Program-made: the position numbers and the translations under genes
The notes under the pieces: generated by a model
What the model saw: only the letters and a program-made list of their open reading frames with translations
What the model was told of the DNA's origin: nothing
Database searches by the model: none
Shown here: positions 10,820 to 22,032 of the stretch, one piece after another
Numbering within the stretch: the first letter of the stretch is position 1
Layout of the letters: the number at the start of each line of letters is the position of its first letter
Source: Nitrospirota bacterium
GTDB taxonomy: Bacteria; Nitrospirota; Thermodesulfovibrionia; Thermodesulfovibrionales; JdFR-86
Reading direction: 5' to 3'
NCBI GenBank assembly: GCA_963721805.1
Contig: CAVRJY010000001.1
Span: forward strand, 448,001-512,000
Length of the DNA: 64,000 nucleotides

Positions 10820-11006
10820 GGTGATATTATCGCACAGGGGGGGTATCCTCACGCTATGAGCCTTGTCATACAGGGGGCCCGGCAGCTCCCTGTAAAAAAA
10901 ACTATTTCAAATGAGAAACAAACATGATAGAATCTTGCTTAACCTTCAAGATTGCACTTGAAACAATATTGCACCGCCGCGCGTTGCCGCTCTATCGGGA
11001 GACCAA

Positions 11007-13280
11007 ATGGACGATGCCGTGAAGACGCAGGCCGCCTCAAATGGCGGCGGGAGGCCATCGCTGGCCGTCTCGCTGGCAATTTATCTTGCCTCGACCGCGC
11101 TCGTGGCCTATGTGCTGCTGTTTGTGTTCCGCGGGCAGTTTATCCCGCTATCATTCGGCCTTCCGCTGCTATTGTGCCTGTGGCACAAGGACGTGCGGCT
11201 GCTCTGGCTCATGGCCGCGACCTTTATCGGCATGGCCGCGTACAACACTTTTTGGGTCTTGCCAGTGATCTCCCCGAGCGAATATGACAGACCGGTCCGC
11301 TGGCTGATGCACGTAACGAACATCGTCGTGATAGCCTCGGTGGTGCATGCGGTCATCAAGATGACCGGGCGGCTGCGGGCGCAAAACGCGCGGCTCGAAT
11401 TCGCGAACGCGGCTGTTCAGGAGAAAGAGGAGCAGTACCGCGACCTCTTTGACAGCATGAACGAGGGTTTCTGCATCGTCGAGGTAATCTTCGACCAGCG
11501 GGAAAGGCCGGTCGATTACCGATTCCTTAAGGTAAATGCGGCGTTTGAGAGGCAGACCGGGCTGCATGATGCCGAGGGGAGGCTGATGCGCGAGCTTGCC
11601 CCTGCTCACGAGGCCCACTGGTTTGAGATATACGGGAGGATCGCGCTGACGGGCGAGCCGGCACGCTTTACGGACGAGGCCCGGGCGCTTAACCGCTGGT
11701 ACGATGTCTCGGCATACCGGGTCGGCAGGCCCAAGGACAGGCATGTCGCGATCATCTTCAACGATATCAGCGGTCACATGCGGGCGGAGTCGGAGTTAAT
11801 CGAGAGCCGGGAACACTACCGCTCGCTGTTTGAAAACATGCCAAACGGCTACGCATACTGCCAGATGACATATGAAGGCGGCGTCCCGGCCGACTTCATA
11901 TACCTCGAGGTGAACCCGGCCTTCGAGACCCTTACCGGACTGAGAGATGCGGCCGGCAAGCGGGTCAGCGAGGTGATCCCCGGCATACGGCAATCGAGCC
12001 CGGCCCTTATCGAGACGTATGGCAGGGTCGCCGCGACGGGCAAGGCCGAGCGGTTCGAGGTCTATCTGGACGCTCTGGGCATATGGCTCGATATCACTGT
12101 CTACAGCCCGAAGAAGGAGCACTTCGTCGCGATATTCGACAATGTCACCGAGCGCAAGCTGGCCGAGGAGGCCCTGCGCGAGAGCGAGCAGCGGCTGCGG
12201 TATCACGTCGAGAACACGCCGCTTGCGGTCGTCGAGTGGGACGCCGGTTTCATAGTGACGCGCTGGGCGGGCGAGGCCGAAAATATCTTCGGCTGGAGCG
12301 CGGCCGAGACCGTCGGCAGGCCGATAATGGACCTGCATATGATCCTCGAAGACGACCTCCCCATCGTGCGAAATACTATGGAGAAGCTCACGGACGGCGT
12401 ATCGAGGCATGTCGTCTCGACCAACCGCAATTACACGAAGGACCGCAGGGTGATCCACTGCACGTGGTACAACACCGTGATGCCGGACGCCGCCGGGAAG
12501 ATGAAATCGGTCATGTCGCAGGTCCTGGACATCACCGAGCGAAAGAAGACCGAGGAGGCCATGCTGAGGATGAGCGGGGACCTTGCCCTGCGCAACGTGG
12601 AACTCGAGGCGATGAACAGGGAGATGGAATCCTTCATCTACTCGGTCTCGCACGACCTGCGCGCGCCGCTGCGGACGATCTCGGGGTTCATAAAGATCCT
12701 GACCCAGGACTGCGCCGCGCAGCTCGACCCCCAGGCCAGGGGCCATATGGCGCGGATCTACGGCGCCTCGGAAAAGATGAGCAGGCTGATCGAGGGCCTC
12801 CTGTACCTCTCGCACATATCCCGGCAGGAGGTCAGCCGCATCGGGCTTGACATGGGCAAGCGGGCATCGGCGATCATCGAAGGGCTGCGGGCCGCTGAGC
12901 CCGGCAGGCGCGTGGAGGCGAGCATTCAGGATGGCATGCTGGTCTCGGCCGACCCCGGGCTGGCCGATATCCTGCTTGCAAACCTGCTCGGCAATGCCTG
13001 GAAGTTCACCTCGAAGACCGAGGGCGCCACGATTGAGTTCGGCGCTGAAATCAAGGATGGCAAGACCGTGTACTATGTCAGGGACAACGGCGCGGGCTTT
13101 GACCAGGAGTATGCGGGCAAGCTGTTCAGGCCGTTTCAGCGCCTGCATTCCGCCGATGAGTTCGAGGGCACGGGGATAGGCCTCAGCATAGTGGAGCGGA
13201 TCATCCGGAGCCACGGCGGAAAGATCTGGGCCGAGGGCGAGCCCGGCAAGGGAGCCACGTTCTTCTTCACGCTGGATTGA
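11007..13280 (+). CDS. Multi-PAS sensor histidine kinase
   Basis: N-terminal TMs, three PAS-like domains, SVSHDLRAPL, NLLGNAWKF, GTGIGL. Confidence 0.95.
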   Translation: MDDAVKTQAASNGGGRPSLAVSLAIYLASTALVAYVLLFVFRGQFIPLSFGLPLLLCLWHKDVRLLWLMAATFIGMAAYNTFWVLPVISPSEYDRPVRWLMHVTNIVVIASVVHAVIKMTGRLRAQNARLEFANAAVQEKEEQYRDLFDSMNEGFCIVEVIFDQRERPVDYRFLKVNAAFERQTGLHDAEGRLMRELAPAHEAHWFEIYGRIALTGEPARFTDEARALNRWYDVSAYRVGRPKDRHVAIIFNDISGHMRAESELIESREHYRSLFENMPNGYAYCQMTYEGGVPADFIYLEVNPAFETLTGLRDAAGKRVSEVIPGIRQSSPALIETYGRVAATGKAERFEVYLDALGIWLDITVYSPKKEHFVAIFDNVTERKLAEEALRESEQRLRYHVENTPLAVVEWDAGFIVTRWAGEAENIFGWSAAETVGRPIMDLHMILEDDLPIVRNTMEKLTDGVSRHVVSTNRNYTKDRRVIHCTWYNTVMPDAAGKMKSVMSQVLDITERKKTEEAMLRMSGDLALRNVELEAMNREMESFIYSVSHDLRAPLRTISGFIKILTQDCAAQLDPQARGHMARIYGASEKMSRLIEGLLYLSHISRQEVSRIGLDMGKRASAIIEGLRAAEPGRRVEASIQDGMLVSADPGLADILLANLLGNAWKFTSKTEGATIEFGAEIKDGKTVYYVRDNGAGFDQEYAGKLFRPFQRLHSADEFEGTGIGLSIVERIIRSHGGKIWAEGEPGKGATFFFTLD

Positions 13281-13283
13281 GCG

Positions 13284-13685
13284 ATGGGGCCGCTGACAGC
13301 ACATAAGATACTGGTAGCCGACGACGACCCGGCCGACCTGGAGATGACGCGGATCGCGATCTCGAGGGCGGGCCTGGAGCTGAGGGTCGAGACGGTCGAC
13401 TGCGGGGAGGCCGCGCTCGATGCGCTCCGAAGGGGCGGCGAGCCGCCCGCGCTCGTAATGCTCGACCTCAAGATGCTCGGTATGAGCGGCATCGACACCG
13501 TGCTTAGGATGCGCGCCGACGAGCGCCTCAGGGATATCAAGGTGGTCATATTGACGAACTCCGTGCTGGACTCCGACAGGAACGCGGCCTACGCAGCCGG
13601 AGCGGACGGGTATATCCATAAGGCATTCGACATAGACAAGTTCGCGCGGGAGGTCAGGGCCGCCCTGCAGCGCTGGCTGCGGTAG
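13284..13685 (+). CDS. Single-domain response regulator
   Basis: ILVADDD, MLDLKM, GADGYIHK; directly downstream of the kinase. Confidence 0.9.
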   Translation: MGPLTAHKILVADDDPADLEMTRIAISRAGLELRVETVDCGEAALDALRRGGEPPALVMLDLKMLGMSGIDTVLRMRADERLRDIKVVILTNSVLDSDRNAAYAAGADGYIHKAFDIDKFAREVRAALQRWLR

Positions 13686-13710
13686 CAGAGAGAGTCGCCC
13701 GTGGCGCCCC

Positions 13711-14979
13711 CTAGAGCTTCGTCACCTTCAGCTTCAGGATCTTGCGCTCCTCCATCTCCATGACCAGGAACTTCAGGTCATGGAACCGTATCTGCTCCCC
13801 GACCTTCGGCAGCCGGCCGAACATCCCGAAGACGAGCCCGCCGATGGTGTTGAAGTCCTCGCTGCTTATGTCCGCCCCGACGAGGTCGTTGAACTCGTCA
13901 AGCGCGGTCTGCCCGGCGACGATGAACGTGTGCTCGTCGATGATCTCGACGTCCTTCTGGGCCTCGATAGCCTCGAACTCGTCCTGCAGGCCGCCGACGA
14001 TCTCCTCCATGATGTCCTCGAGCGTCACGAGCCCGGCCGTGCCGCCGTACTCGTCCACGACCACCGCGATATGGAACTTGCGCTTCTGCATCTCGTCCAG
14101 CAGCTCGGTGGCCATCTTGCTTTCCGGGATGTAGTAGGCCTCGCGCATGAACTTCGAGACCGTGTGGTCCTCGATGTCCGAGCCGGCCATGATCTTGATG
14201 AGGTCCTTGATATAGAGGATGCCGGTCACGTTGTCGATGGACTCGTGTATCACGGGGTAGCGCGAATACCCGTGCTCGCGCACGAGGGCTATCGCGTCGT
14301 GCACGGTAGCGCTCTCCTCGACGACCTTCATCTCGGTGCGCGGGACCATCATCTCAGAGACCTCCGTGTCGCCGAACTCGAATACGCGGTGCAGGAGCTT
14401 TTTTTCGTCCTCCTCGATGTTGCCCGTCTCCTCGCCGAGGTTGATCATCGTGCGGATCTCCTCCTCGGTGACGTTCGGCGCGCCGTGGCGCACCTTCAGC
14501 CCCACCGCGCGCAGGAAGAGCCCGGCCGTGGCGTCGAATATCCAGACCAGGGGGGTTATGAGCTTTATGTAAAACTGAAAGGCGCGCGCTATCTTCAGCG
14601 CGTAGCGGTCGGCGTGCGTCACGCCGATGGTCTTGGGGATCAGCTCCGCGAAGACGACTGTGATGAACGTCAGGACGGCGGTCGAGGCGAAGATGCCCCA
14701 CTGCTTGCCCACGTACTGGATCGCTATCGCTGCCGCAAGCGAGGAGGCGAGCACCGTAAACAGGCTCTGCGAGAGCGTAACCACGCCGAATATGCGCGTA
14801 AGCTGCTCGAGTATCGCGAGCACCGCCTGCGCGGCGGGGTTGCCCTTGTCCGCGAGCCCGCGGATGCGGATGCGGTTTGCGGCGATAAACGCGCTCTCGA
14901 TGCCGCTAAAGACCGCGACCGCCACAAGGCAGGCGGCGATCGCCAGAAACGAATAAATACCGGGAGGTTCCGTGGTCAC
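13711..14979 (-). CDS. CNNM/CBS/CorC (hemolysin-family) membrane protein
   Basis: [46 protein letters not shown]. Confidence 0.93.
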   Translation of the reverse strand: MTTEPPGIYSFLAIAACLVAVAVFSGIESAFIAANRIRIRGLADKGNPAAQAVLAILEQLTRIFGVVTLSQSLFTVLASSLAAAIAIQYVGKQWGIFASTAVLTFITVVFAELIPKTIGVTHADRYALKIARAFQFYIKLITPLVWIFDATAGLFLRAVGLKVRHGAPNVTEEEIRTMINLGEETGNIEEDEKKLLHRVFEFGDTEVSEMMVPRTEMKVVEESATVHDAIALVREHGYSRYPVIHESIDNVTGILYIKDLIKIMAGSDIEDHTVSKFMREAYYIPESKMATELLDEMQKRKFHIAVVVDEYGGTAGLVTLEDIMEEIVGGLQDEFEAIEAQKDVEIIDEHTFIVAGQTALDEFNDLVGADISSEDFNTIGGLVFGMFGRLPKVGEQIRFHDLKFLVMEMEERKILKLKVTKL

Positions 14980-16061
14980 TCCTGTTTCATCTTCCCGATC
15001 ACGGCCTCGGCCACGCGGGTGGTCGATACCGCGGTCGGGTCGTCGGGCATGGGCTTCATGTCGTATGTCACGTCTTTGCCCTCGGCGATGACAGCGGCTA
15101 TCGCGCCTTCCATCCTCGCCGCGGCCTGCATCTCGCCTATGTGGCGCAGCATCATGACGCCGCTGAGCATCATCCCGAAGGGGTTCATCTTGTTGAGGCC
15201 CTTATACTTGGGCGCGCTTCCGTGCGTTGGCTCGAACACAGCCATATTATCCCCTATGTTGGCCCCCGGCGCAAGCCCGAGCCCGCCGATCAGACCGGCC
15301 GCGAGGTCCGAGACGATGTCGCCGTAGAGGTTCGGCAGCACGAGGACGTCGTACAGCTCCGGCTTCTGCACGAGCTGCATGCACATGTTGTCTATGATGC
15401 GGTCCTCAAACTCGATGTCAGGGTAGTTCTTCGCGACCTCGCGCGCGACCTCCAGAAACAGCCCGTCTGAGTGCTTCATGATGTTGGCCTTGTGCACAGC
15501 CGTGACCTTCTTGCGCTTGTTGCGGCGCGCGTACTCAAACGCGAAGCGGACTATGCGCTCGGTGCAATGCACTGAAATGGGTTTGATACTGATGCCGCTG
15601 TCCTCGGAGATGACCTTCCCCGATGCGTTCTTGACGTAATCGATCAGGCCGAGCGCTCCGGGCGTGCCCTTCTGGAATTCGATCCCGGCGTAGAGGTCCT
15701 CGGTGTTCTCGCGCACGATCACGATGTCGATGTCCTCGTACCGCGTGCGCGCGCCCTTGAAGCTCCGGCACGGCCGCAGGCAGCTATACAAATCCAGCGC
15801 CTGGCGCAATGTCACGTTTACGCTCCTGAAGCCGGTGCCGACAGGGGTGGTGACAGGGCCCTTGATAGCGAGCTTGTTGCGCCTGATCGACTCGATCACG
15901 CGGTCCGGCATGGGGTTGCCTTCGGCCTTGAAGACGTCCTCGCCGGCCTCCTGCACTTCCCAGTTGAAAACCACGCCGGTCGCGTCGAGGACCATTCTAG
16001 TAGCTGATGCAATCTCCGGACCTACTCCATCACCCGGTATCAAAGTTACGTTATAAGCCAT
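14976..16061 (-). CDS. icd: Isocitrate/isopropylmalate dehydrogenase family, likely isocitrate dehydrogenase
   Basis: [51 protein letters not shown]. Confidence 0.85.
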   Translation of the reverse strand: MAYNVTLIPGDGVGPEIASATRMVLDATGVVFNWEVQEAGEDVFKAEGNPMPDRVIESIRRNKLAIKGPVTTPVGTGFRSVNVTLRQALDLYSCLRPCRSFKGARTRYEDIDIVIVRENTEDLYAGIEFQKGTPGALGLIDYVKNASGKVISEDSGISIKPISVHCTERIVRFAFEYARRNKRKKVTAVHKANIMKHSDGLFLEVAREVAKNYPDIEFEDRIIDNMCMQLVQKPELYDVLVLPNLYGDIVSDLAAGLIGGLGLAPGANIGDNMAVFEPTHGSAPKYKGLNKMNPFGMMLSGVMMLRHIGEMQAAARMEGAIAAVIAEGKDVTYDMKPMPDDPTAVSTTRVAEAVIGKMKQE

Positions 16062-16146
16062 GGTGAATAACCCTCCATCTTTTGGTTTAAATTGAACTCC
16101 AATTATCGCTTACAACCCCTTGGCATTTCAAGGTCGCGCACAGATG

Positions 16147-16328
16147 AAAGCGCGCCAAATCGCTTGATACTGCGTTGGGCTTCAAAGACTCGCCCTCTAT
16201 GTACGTCACAGTACACCATCGGGCGGTCTTCTCGCCCTGCCTTGTCTGAAGACGATTTGGGCGCGCTTTCGGGGGGCACGGAAGAAGTTCGCCCCCCGCG
16301 CCCCACGAGGTCAACGGCTTTGATTTGA
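16147..16328 (-). repeat. Family A copy A3 (full length)
   Basis: Near-identical to 49127-49298 and 50718-50896; reverse complement of 17990-18170. Confidence 0.95.
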
Positions 16329-16740
16329 GGCACGTTCGGATGCGCGGCTTAGGTATAGTTATGCATTCCGCGCGCGTGCGCGCGCATTTTTTTTAGAGCG
16401 TTCAAATGAACAAACAAAACAAGCTTTAACCCTGCGGAATTTCATTGCTTTTTGGCGACCTCCGTGTTCATGCGTTCAGAAACAGTTTTCACTCTGTCCA
16501 TCGGTCACTGTCGTTACTTTCAGCGCCATCAAAATGAGCATATCAGCCTCATCCCGTATTGAAGCACATCGAAATGAAAAATGCGATAACCTATGGTTTA
16601 TATATAAACCGAAGTTCATAGGAAAAATTGTCCCCCGTGCGTTTTCTATTAACTTTCGATTAACTGTGGTTAATGAGGGCGGAAACCACTGTGATAAATA
16701 TCTGGAATACTCTAGGCGGTTGTGGTATCTTTGAAGCATG
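16329..16740 (-). repeat. Family C arm attached to A3
   Basis: 16331-16390 and 16637-16740 are reverse-complement matches to 32205-32264 and 31857-31960; 16575-16635 matches 39497-39556. Confidence 0.85.
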
Positions 16741-16874
16741 TTATTAATTAGCGCAGCGGAAGAAATTATCCTGCTTCTATGAGAGCCAGTCATCCATAAT
16801 TATGTCGATTGGAACAATCAATCTATCCTCGCTGAAGATATTTTTTAAATCACAGTTATTTGAGGAAATAACTC

Positions 16875-17114
16875 ATGCTTATGGGTTTTGCGACTTTTTT
16901 TGGCTATGGTACATACATGCCAGCAGCGCTTGTTAATCTTCCATATACTTGGCAATACGTGATGTTTTGCTTATCAGGCATGATACCCGGGTTGATTTGC
17001 ATGATTAAACCAAAGACAGTTTGGTTTGTGATAACACTTCCTTTTACAATTTTTATAGTCGCACTCGACATCAGGGTTGGGATTTATGCGATAAGTGAAT
17101 ATTTGCACCGTTGA
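16875..17114 (+). CDS. Small AT-rich membrane protein (cargo)
   Basis: 79-aa hydrophobic ORF, GAGG RBS, composition unlike neighbours. Confidence 0.55.
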   Translation: MLMGFATFFGYGTYMPAALVNLPYTWQYVMFCLSGMIPGLICMIKPKTVWFVITLPFTIFIVALDIRVGIYAISEYLHR

Positions 17115-17173
17115 TTTATCACGTGTAACATTGCCATCAAGTATCAAAAATTAGAAAAAGCGACTGAAGATTA

Positions 17174-17346
17174 TCTAATCATGCCGTTGACCGTTCGCAC
17201 GATTAGACAGAAGTTAAACTAAAGCGCGATAAAGCGCGTCAGACAAGGAAGGGCGAGAAAACCGCCCGACGGTGTACTTGGGCGTACTCCGAGGGCGCGT
17301 CTTTGAAGCCATGACGCAGTATCACGCGACTTTAGCGCGCTTTAAA
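17174..17346 (+). repeat. Family A copy A4 (subtype a)
   Basis: CTAATCATGCCGTTGACCGTTCGCACGATTAG...AAAGCGCGATAAAGCGCGTCAGACAAGG...CACGCGACTTTAGCGCGCTTT. Confidence 0.92.
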
Positions 17347-17351
17347 AAAGC

Positions 17352-17927
17352 CTACGAATTCAGCTTCTTCAAGACCCACGCGAAATTGTCGCCCAGATTG
17401 CGCATCGTTTCGATGCCTTCCGTGTCATTGGAGACCTCGCCGGGATTCCTGCCCACGCCGATGTTCCAGTACGACGAGCCCGGCATCACCATCTGAGCCT
17501 GCAGGAAGAAGAAGTTCATCGAACTAAGCACGGTCGTGGCACCGGCCCTGCGCTCCGCGCATATCGACGCGCCGACCTTGCCCTTGAACATCCAGTCGTT
17601 GGCGCGCGAGACCATCCCGGCCCGTTCGATTAACGCCTTCATACCGGCCGACATGTCCGCGAAGTAAGAGGGCGACCCTAGTATTATGCCGTCCGCGGAG
17701 AGCATCGCCTCTATGCACTCGTTTACGATGTCGCCCTTTACGGCGCAGCGTTTGTCCTTGTGCTCGAAGCACTTAAAACATCCTATGCAGCCGCCCGGAG
17801 CCCGGCCCGCGAGTTCCAGCAGTTCTGTCTCTATGCCATTGACGCTTAACCGCTCGAATACCGTGTTTATCATCGTCGCGGTGTTGCCGCCCTTGCGCGA
17901 GCTTCCGTTGATAGCTATAACCTTCAT
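17352..17927 (-). CDS. Iron-sulfur flavoprotein / NADPH-dependent FMN reductase family, paralog 1
   Basis: INGSSRKGGNT, CxxCxxC...C, DGIILGSPSYF. Confidence 0.92.
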   Translation of the reverse strand: MKVIAINGSSRKGGNTATMINTVFERLSVNGIETELLELAGRAPGGCIGCFKCFEHKDKRCAVKGDIVNECIEAMLSADGIILGSPSYFADMSAGMKALIERAGMVSRANDWMFKGKVGASICAERRAGATTVLSSMNFFFLQAQMVMPGSSYWNIGVGRNPGEVSNDTEGIETMRNLGDNFAWVLKKLNS

Positions 17928-17989
17928 GTATAGTCCTCCTTGGTAGGATTATTCTCGCACATTTTAAGGGATGATGCTACGGGGGCTTC

Positions 17990-18170
17990 AAACTAATGCC
18001 GTTGACCTTGTGGGGCGCGGGGGGCGTCCTTCGGCCGTGCCCCCCGAAAGCGCGCCCAAATCGGCTTCAGACAAGGCAGGGCGAGAAGACCGCCCGATGG
18101 TGTACTGTGACGTACATGGAGGGCGAGTCTTTGAAGCCCAACGCAGTATCAAGCGATTTGGAGCGCTTTC
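17990..18170 (+). repeat. Family A copy A5 (subtype b)
   Basis: AATGCCGTTGACCTTGTGGGGCGCGGGGGG...CCCCGAAAGCGCGCCCAAATCG...CGATTTGGAGCGCTTTC. Confidence 0.95.
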
Positions 18171-18220
18171 AGAGAAGCCAACAAGCAGGTTTAAGTGAAA
18201 CTCGTGGTATACTAGTTGTT

Positions 18221-18472
18221 ATGGATTTCTACGCCCGACTGGCACTGATAGTGGCCCTGTTCTCGTTCGCGTTCATACTGAACGTGCCGATGGGCTATCT
18301 GAGGACGAAGACCCGCAAGCTCTCGCTCAACTGGTTCCTCTGCGTGCACGCCACGATACCGGTGATAATCGTCAGCCGCCTAAGGTCCGAGCTCGACCTG
18401 AGGTACATACCTGTCTTCATCCTAGCCGCCATCGTCGGACAGGTCTTCGGCGGCCGCATCGAGCTGATATAG
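18221..18472 (+). CDS. Small membrane protein
   Basis: ATG 18221; LNVPMGYLR..WFLCVHATIP, about three TM segments; the upstream in-frame extension is repeat A5. Confidence 0.75.
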   Translation: MDFYARLALIVALFSFAFILNVPMGYLRTKTRKLSLNWFLCVHATIPVIIVSRLRSELDLRYIPVFILAAIVGQVFGGRIELI

Positions 18473-18475
18473 CCT

Positions 18476-19492
18476 ATGCGACAGTGCCTGCTGATGAAGC
18501 CCGGAAAGATCGAACTCACCGACATCCCCCTGCCTGCGCCCGCCGACGGAGAGCTTTTAATCAAGGTGCGCGCAGCCCTTACCTGCGGCACCGACCTGAA
18601 GGCATACCAGCGCGGACACCCGATCATCCCGATGCCCGGCCCGTTCGGCCACGAGTTCTCCGGGACGGTCGTGAAGAAGGGCCGCGGCGTGCGGAACTTC
18701 CGCGAGGGCGACGAGATCATGGCCGCGCACAGCGCGCCGTGCCTGAAGTGCCCGTACTGCAAGAAGCGCATCTACAACCTCTGCGAAAACATAATGAAGA
18801 CGAAGGTCATGGGCGCGTTCGCCGAATACGTCCTGCTGCCTGCGGCCATCGTCAAGCAAAACGTATTTCACAAGCCCTCGACGCTCGGGTTCGAGGAGGC
18901 CGCGCTGCTTGAGCCGGTCGCGTGCGTCGTGCACGGTATCTCGCCGCTCGGCATCCGCAAGGGCATGAGCGCGGTGATCGTGGGCGCGGGCCCGATAGGG
19001 CTCATCCACCTGATGCTGCTTAAGGCCGTGGGCGCGAAGGTCATCATCGCAGACCCGCACAAGGAGCGGCTCGCGATGGCCGTGGAGCTCGGCGCGGACG
19101 TCGCGTGCGATTCAAAGGGCATCGCCGAGGCGGTCAAGAAGCTCACCGGCGGCATAGGCGCGGACTACGCCTTTGAGTGCACCGGCAGGCCGGACGTCTG
19201 GCAGTCCGCGGTCGCGCATGTCAGGCGCGGCGGGACGCTAACCCTCTTCGGGGGCTGCCCCACAGGAACCTCCGTCACGTACGACGCGCACCGCCTGCAT
19301 TATGACGAGATCACGCTGCGCGGCGTGTTTCACTTCACCCCGGCCGACGTGCGGCGCGCGTTTAAGCTCCTCGCCAGCGGGCGGATGAAGACTTCCGCGC
19401 TGATCTCGGGCCGCTATCCCCTCAACGAACTCGGCAAGGCCTTTGACAAGCTCGCCAAGGGACAAGGCATCAAGTACGCGATAATTCCGTAA
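18476..19492 (+). CDS. Zinc-dependent (MDR family) alcohol/sugar dehydrogenase
   Basis: CGTD, GHEFSG, CxxCxxC..C, GAGPIG. Confidence 0.93.
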   Translation: MRQCLLMKPGKIELTDIPLPAPADGELLIKVRAALTCGTDLKAYQRGHPIIPMPGPFGHEFSGTVVKKGRGVRNFREGDEIMAAHSAPCLKCPYCKKRIYNLCENIMKTKVMGAFAEYVLLPAAIVKQNVFHKPSTLGFEEAALLEPVACVVHGISPLGIRKGMSAVIVGAGPIGLIHLMLLKAVGAKVIIADPHKERLAMAVELGADVACDSKGIAEAVKKLTGGIGADYAFECTGRPDVWQSAVAHVRRGGTLTLFGGCPTGTSVTYDAHRLHYDEITLRGVFHFTPADVRRAFKLLASGRMKTSALISGRYPLNELGKAFDKLAKGQGIKYAIIP

Positions 19493-20516
19493 ATGAAGGT
19501 CGCCCGCCTCTACTCTTTCACTGACATCCGAATCGAAGAAATGCCGATACCCGTGCCCGGAGAAGGCGAGGCCCTCCTGCGCACGCGCGCCTCGGGGATA
19601 TGCTCGGGCGACGTCATGCCCTGGTACATCGAGCGGAAGGCCCCGCTAGTGCTCGGCCACGAGCCCTCGGGCGAGATCGTGCAAGTCGGCCCCGGAGTGA
19701 GCGCGTTTAAGCCCGGAGACCGAGTCGCGGTGCACCACCACGCCCCGTGCGGCAGCTGCCGCCACTGCCTTCGCGGCGATACCGTGCAGTGCCCCACATG
19801 GCGCGCTACGCGGATCGTCCCCGGCGGTATGGCCGAGTATATCCTTATCCCTGCGATCAACCTCGCTAACGACACCCTGAAGCTCCCCGACGGCGTGAGC
19901 TTCGAGGACGGCACGCTCGTAGAGCCTCTGGGGTGCGTGATGAAGTCCATCGGACGCTCGGGAGCGCACGGCCGGGGACACCGTGCTCGTGATCGGCCTT
20001 GGGGTGATGGGCATGCTGCACCTGCTCGCGTTTAAGGCCCTCGGAGCCGGGCGCATCATAGGTGCCGACATGGTGCCGTACCGGCTTGCCAAGGCGCTGC
20101 AGCTCGGGGCCACGGACGTGATCGACGCCTCGAAGATGCCGACTCCAGAGGCGCTCAGGGAGCTGACCTCGGGCCGGATGGCTGATATCGTGATAGTCGG
20201 GCCGAACAGCGCCGGTGCGCTCGAAGATGGATTGAGTTGCGCCGCGCCGGGCGGGACGGTCGTGATGTTCACCCCTGTCAGGCCGGGCGAGAAGATCACG
20301 CTCGACCCCAACGAGCTTTATTTCAGGGACGTAAGCCTCGTCACGTCATACTCGACCGGGCCGGCCGAGACGCGCGCCGCGCTAGGGCTGATAGAGCGCG
20401 GGGCTGTGCGCGCGGAGATGGTTGTCACGCACCGCTTTGCGCTTGAGCGGACGGCCGAGGCATACCGCATCACGGCCGTGGCCGGAGAATCGCTTAAGTG
20501 CCTCGTAATTTTTTAG
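19493..20516 (+). CDS. Zinc-dependent (MDR family) dehydrogenase, frameshifted near 19965-19980
   Basis: N-half (ICSGD, GHEPSG, Zn Cys motif) and C-half (VIGLGVMG) lie in adjacent frames. Confidence 0.85.
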
Positions 20517-20591
20517 GTGATTTTCCCGCTGCGTTCTGATAGACTTAAATCCATCAGGTCCGTGATCTTCTGTCCTTGGGGGTAGTATATT

Positions 20592-20917
20592 TTGGAGATC
20601 GAGGGGTCGGCTACAGGTCTGCTTGAGATGTCTGCCCAGGCCACGGCTGCGTCCGCGCGCCGAGCCCGGCATCGATCCCCGCCGAGACCGGAGAGTTCCA
20701 GCGCGGCCGCACCACCAAAGACGGCGTAATCGACCTTACCAACCAGGACGGCGTCTGGGTCGAGGACGCGCAGGGACAGCCGGAGGGCACGACGTCGGCG
20801 CAGGGCAGACCCAGCAGCCTCGGGGCTGCGGCCAAGCAGCTGATCTACGACTGGCGCGGCAAGCCGGTCGAGATGAAAAAGACCTTCGCAGGCTCGCTCC
20901 TGAGCGTATACGCCTAG
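20592..20917 (+). CDS. Small hypothetical protein, probable frameshift near 20658
   Basis: TTG-EIEGSATGLLEMSAQATAASA joins an open frame ending ...LIYDWRGKPVEMKKTFAGSLLSVYA-TAG; not in the ORF track. Confidence 0.45.
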
Positions 20918-20950
20918 TCCCCCCTCGTTTGCCAGCCGGCGATAAACGCA

Positions 20951-21830
20951 TCACTTCGCGAGCCGCAGTCCCACCATCCCGGTTCTGTCGTCAGGGCTCA
21001 TCCACAGGCGGCTGGTCGTGCGCGCGTCTTTCGCGGGGCTGGCCCAGGAGCCGCCCCTGTAGAGGCGGTCAGTGCCCGATGAAGCGGGCCTCTGGGGTCA
21101 TACATGGTCGCCTTGGTGTAATAGCCGCGTTCGTACCAGTCCCACACCCATTCCGATACGTTGCCGGTCATGTCATACAGCCCCAGCCCGTTGGGTTTTT
21201 TCTGCCCGACCGGGTGCGTTGCGGACGAGGAGTTCTCCCAGTACCAGGCGAATGAGTCGATGTCCCCGTGTATGCCTGCCCCGGCGAATTTTTCCTTGTT
21301 GCCGCGGCCTCTGGCCGCGTATTCCCACTCCGCCTCGGTCGGGAGCCGATAGGCGTGTTGGGGCCGTTGCCGGTAGTGCGGTTGATCCTCCTGAGGAACT
21401 CCTGGGCGTCGTTGAAGCTTACGTTCTCCACCGGGCAGTCATCGCCGCAGTCGGAGAAGGCCGACGGGTTATCGCCCATCACCTCGCGCCACTGCCTCTG
21501 CGTCACCTCGTAGCGGCCGATCGAAAAATCCGAGACGCAGACCTTGTGGCTGGGCCTTTCGCTCTCGCGGCCTATGCCATAGACGTCGCCCATCTCGAAG
21601 CACCCGCCGCGGACGAACACCATCCCGCTGTAATAGGGGTCCGGCGGCCTGGTCTCGGTCGGGGCGAGGGCCGGGGAGTAGTCCTGGGGCTCGCTCAAGG
21701 GCTGGGGGTTGAGGACGCTCGATGGAGCGGTCTTGTGAGCGCCGCCGGACTCGGACTCGGCAAGAAGCTCAGGGGCGCAGAGGGCGAGGGAGGCCACGAT
21801 ACACAACACGATAAACGACAGCCTCCCCAT
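20951..21830 (-). CDS. Formylglycine-generating-enzyme (SUMF1/FGE-sulfatase) family protein with two frameshifts
   Basis: Signal peptide; GGCFEMG, RYEVTQ, then RLPTEAEWEYAAR, PNGLGLYDMTGNVSEW, then RGGSW..GLRLA in successive frames. Confidence 0.85.
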
Positions 21831-22032
21831 ATGTCTCCCGCATCCCCTCATGACCGGATTAATCATATCCATACGGGCAACCCTAATGCAAGGGGCGGGG
21901 CCCCCTGATGAAGTGCCGCCCGCTGCGCAATTGACGGAGAGCCTGCGCTGGACGTATGATGAGATCACTGTATATAAGCTCCGAGTCGATATCTCACTGG
22001 ACCTAGGCGACGCGCTCACATACCGGCCATAA

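Noticed and set aside
11796..15327. Long antisense ORFs (e.g. 11796-13619, 13780-15327, and similar elsewhere)
   Set aside because: Shadow frames of well-supported genes in GC-rich DNA, with no recognisable motifs.
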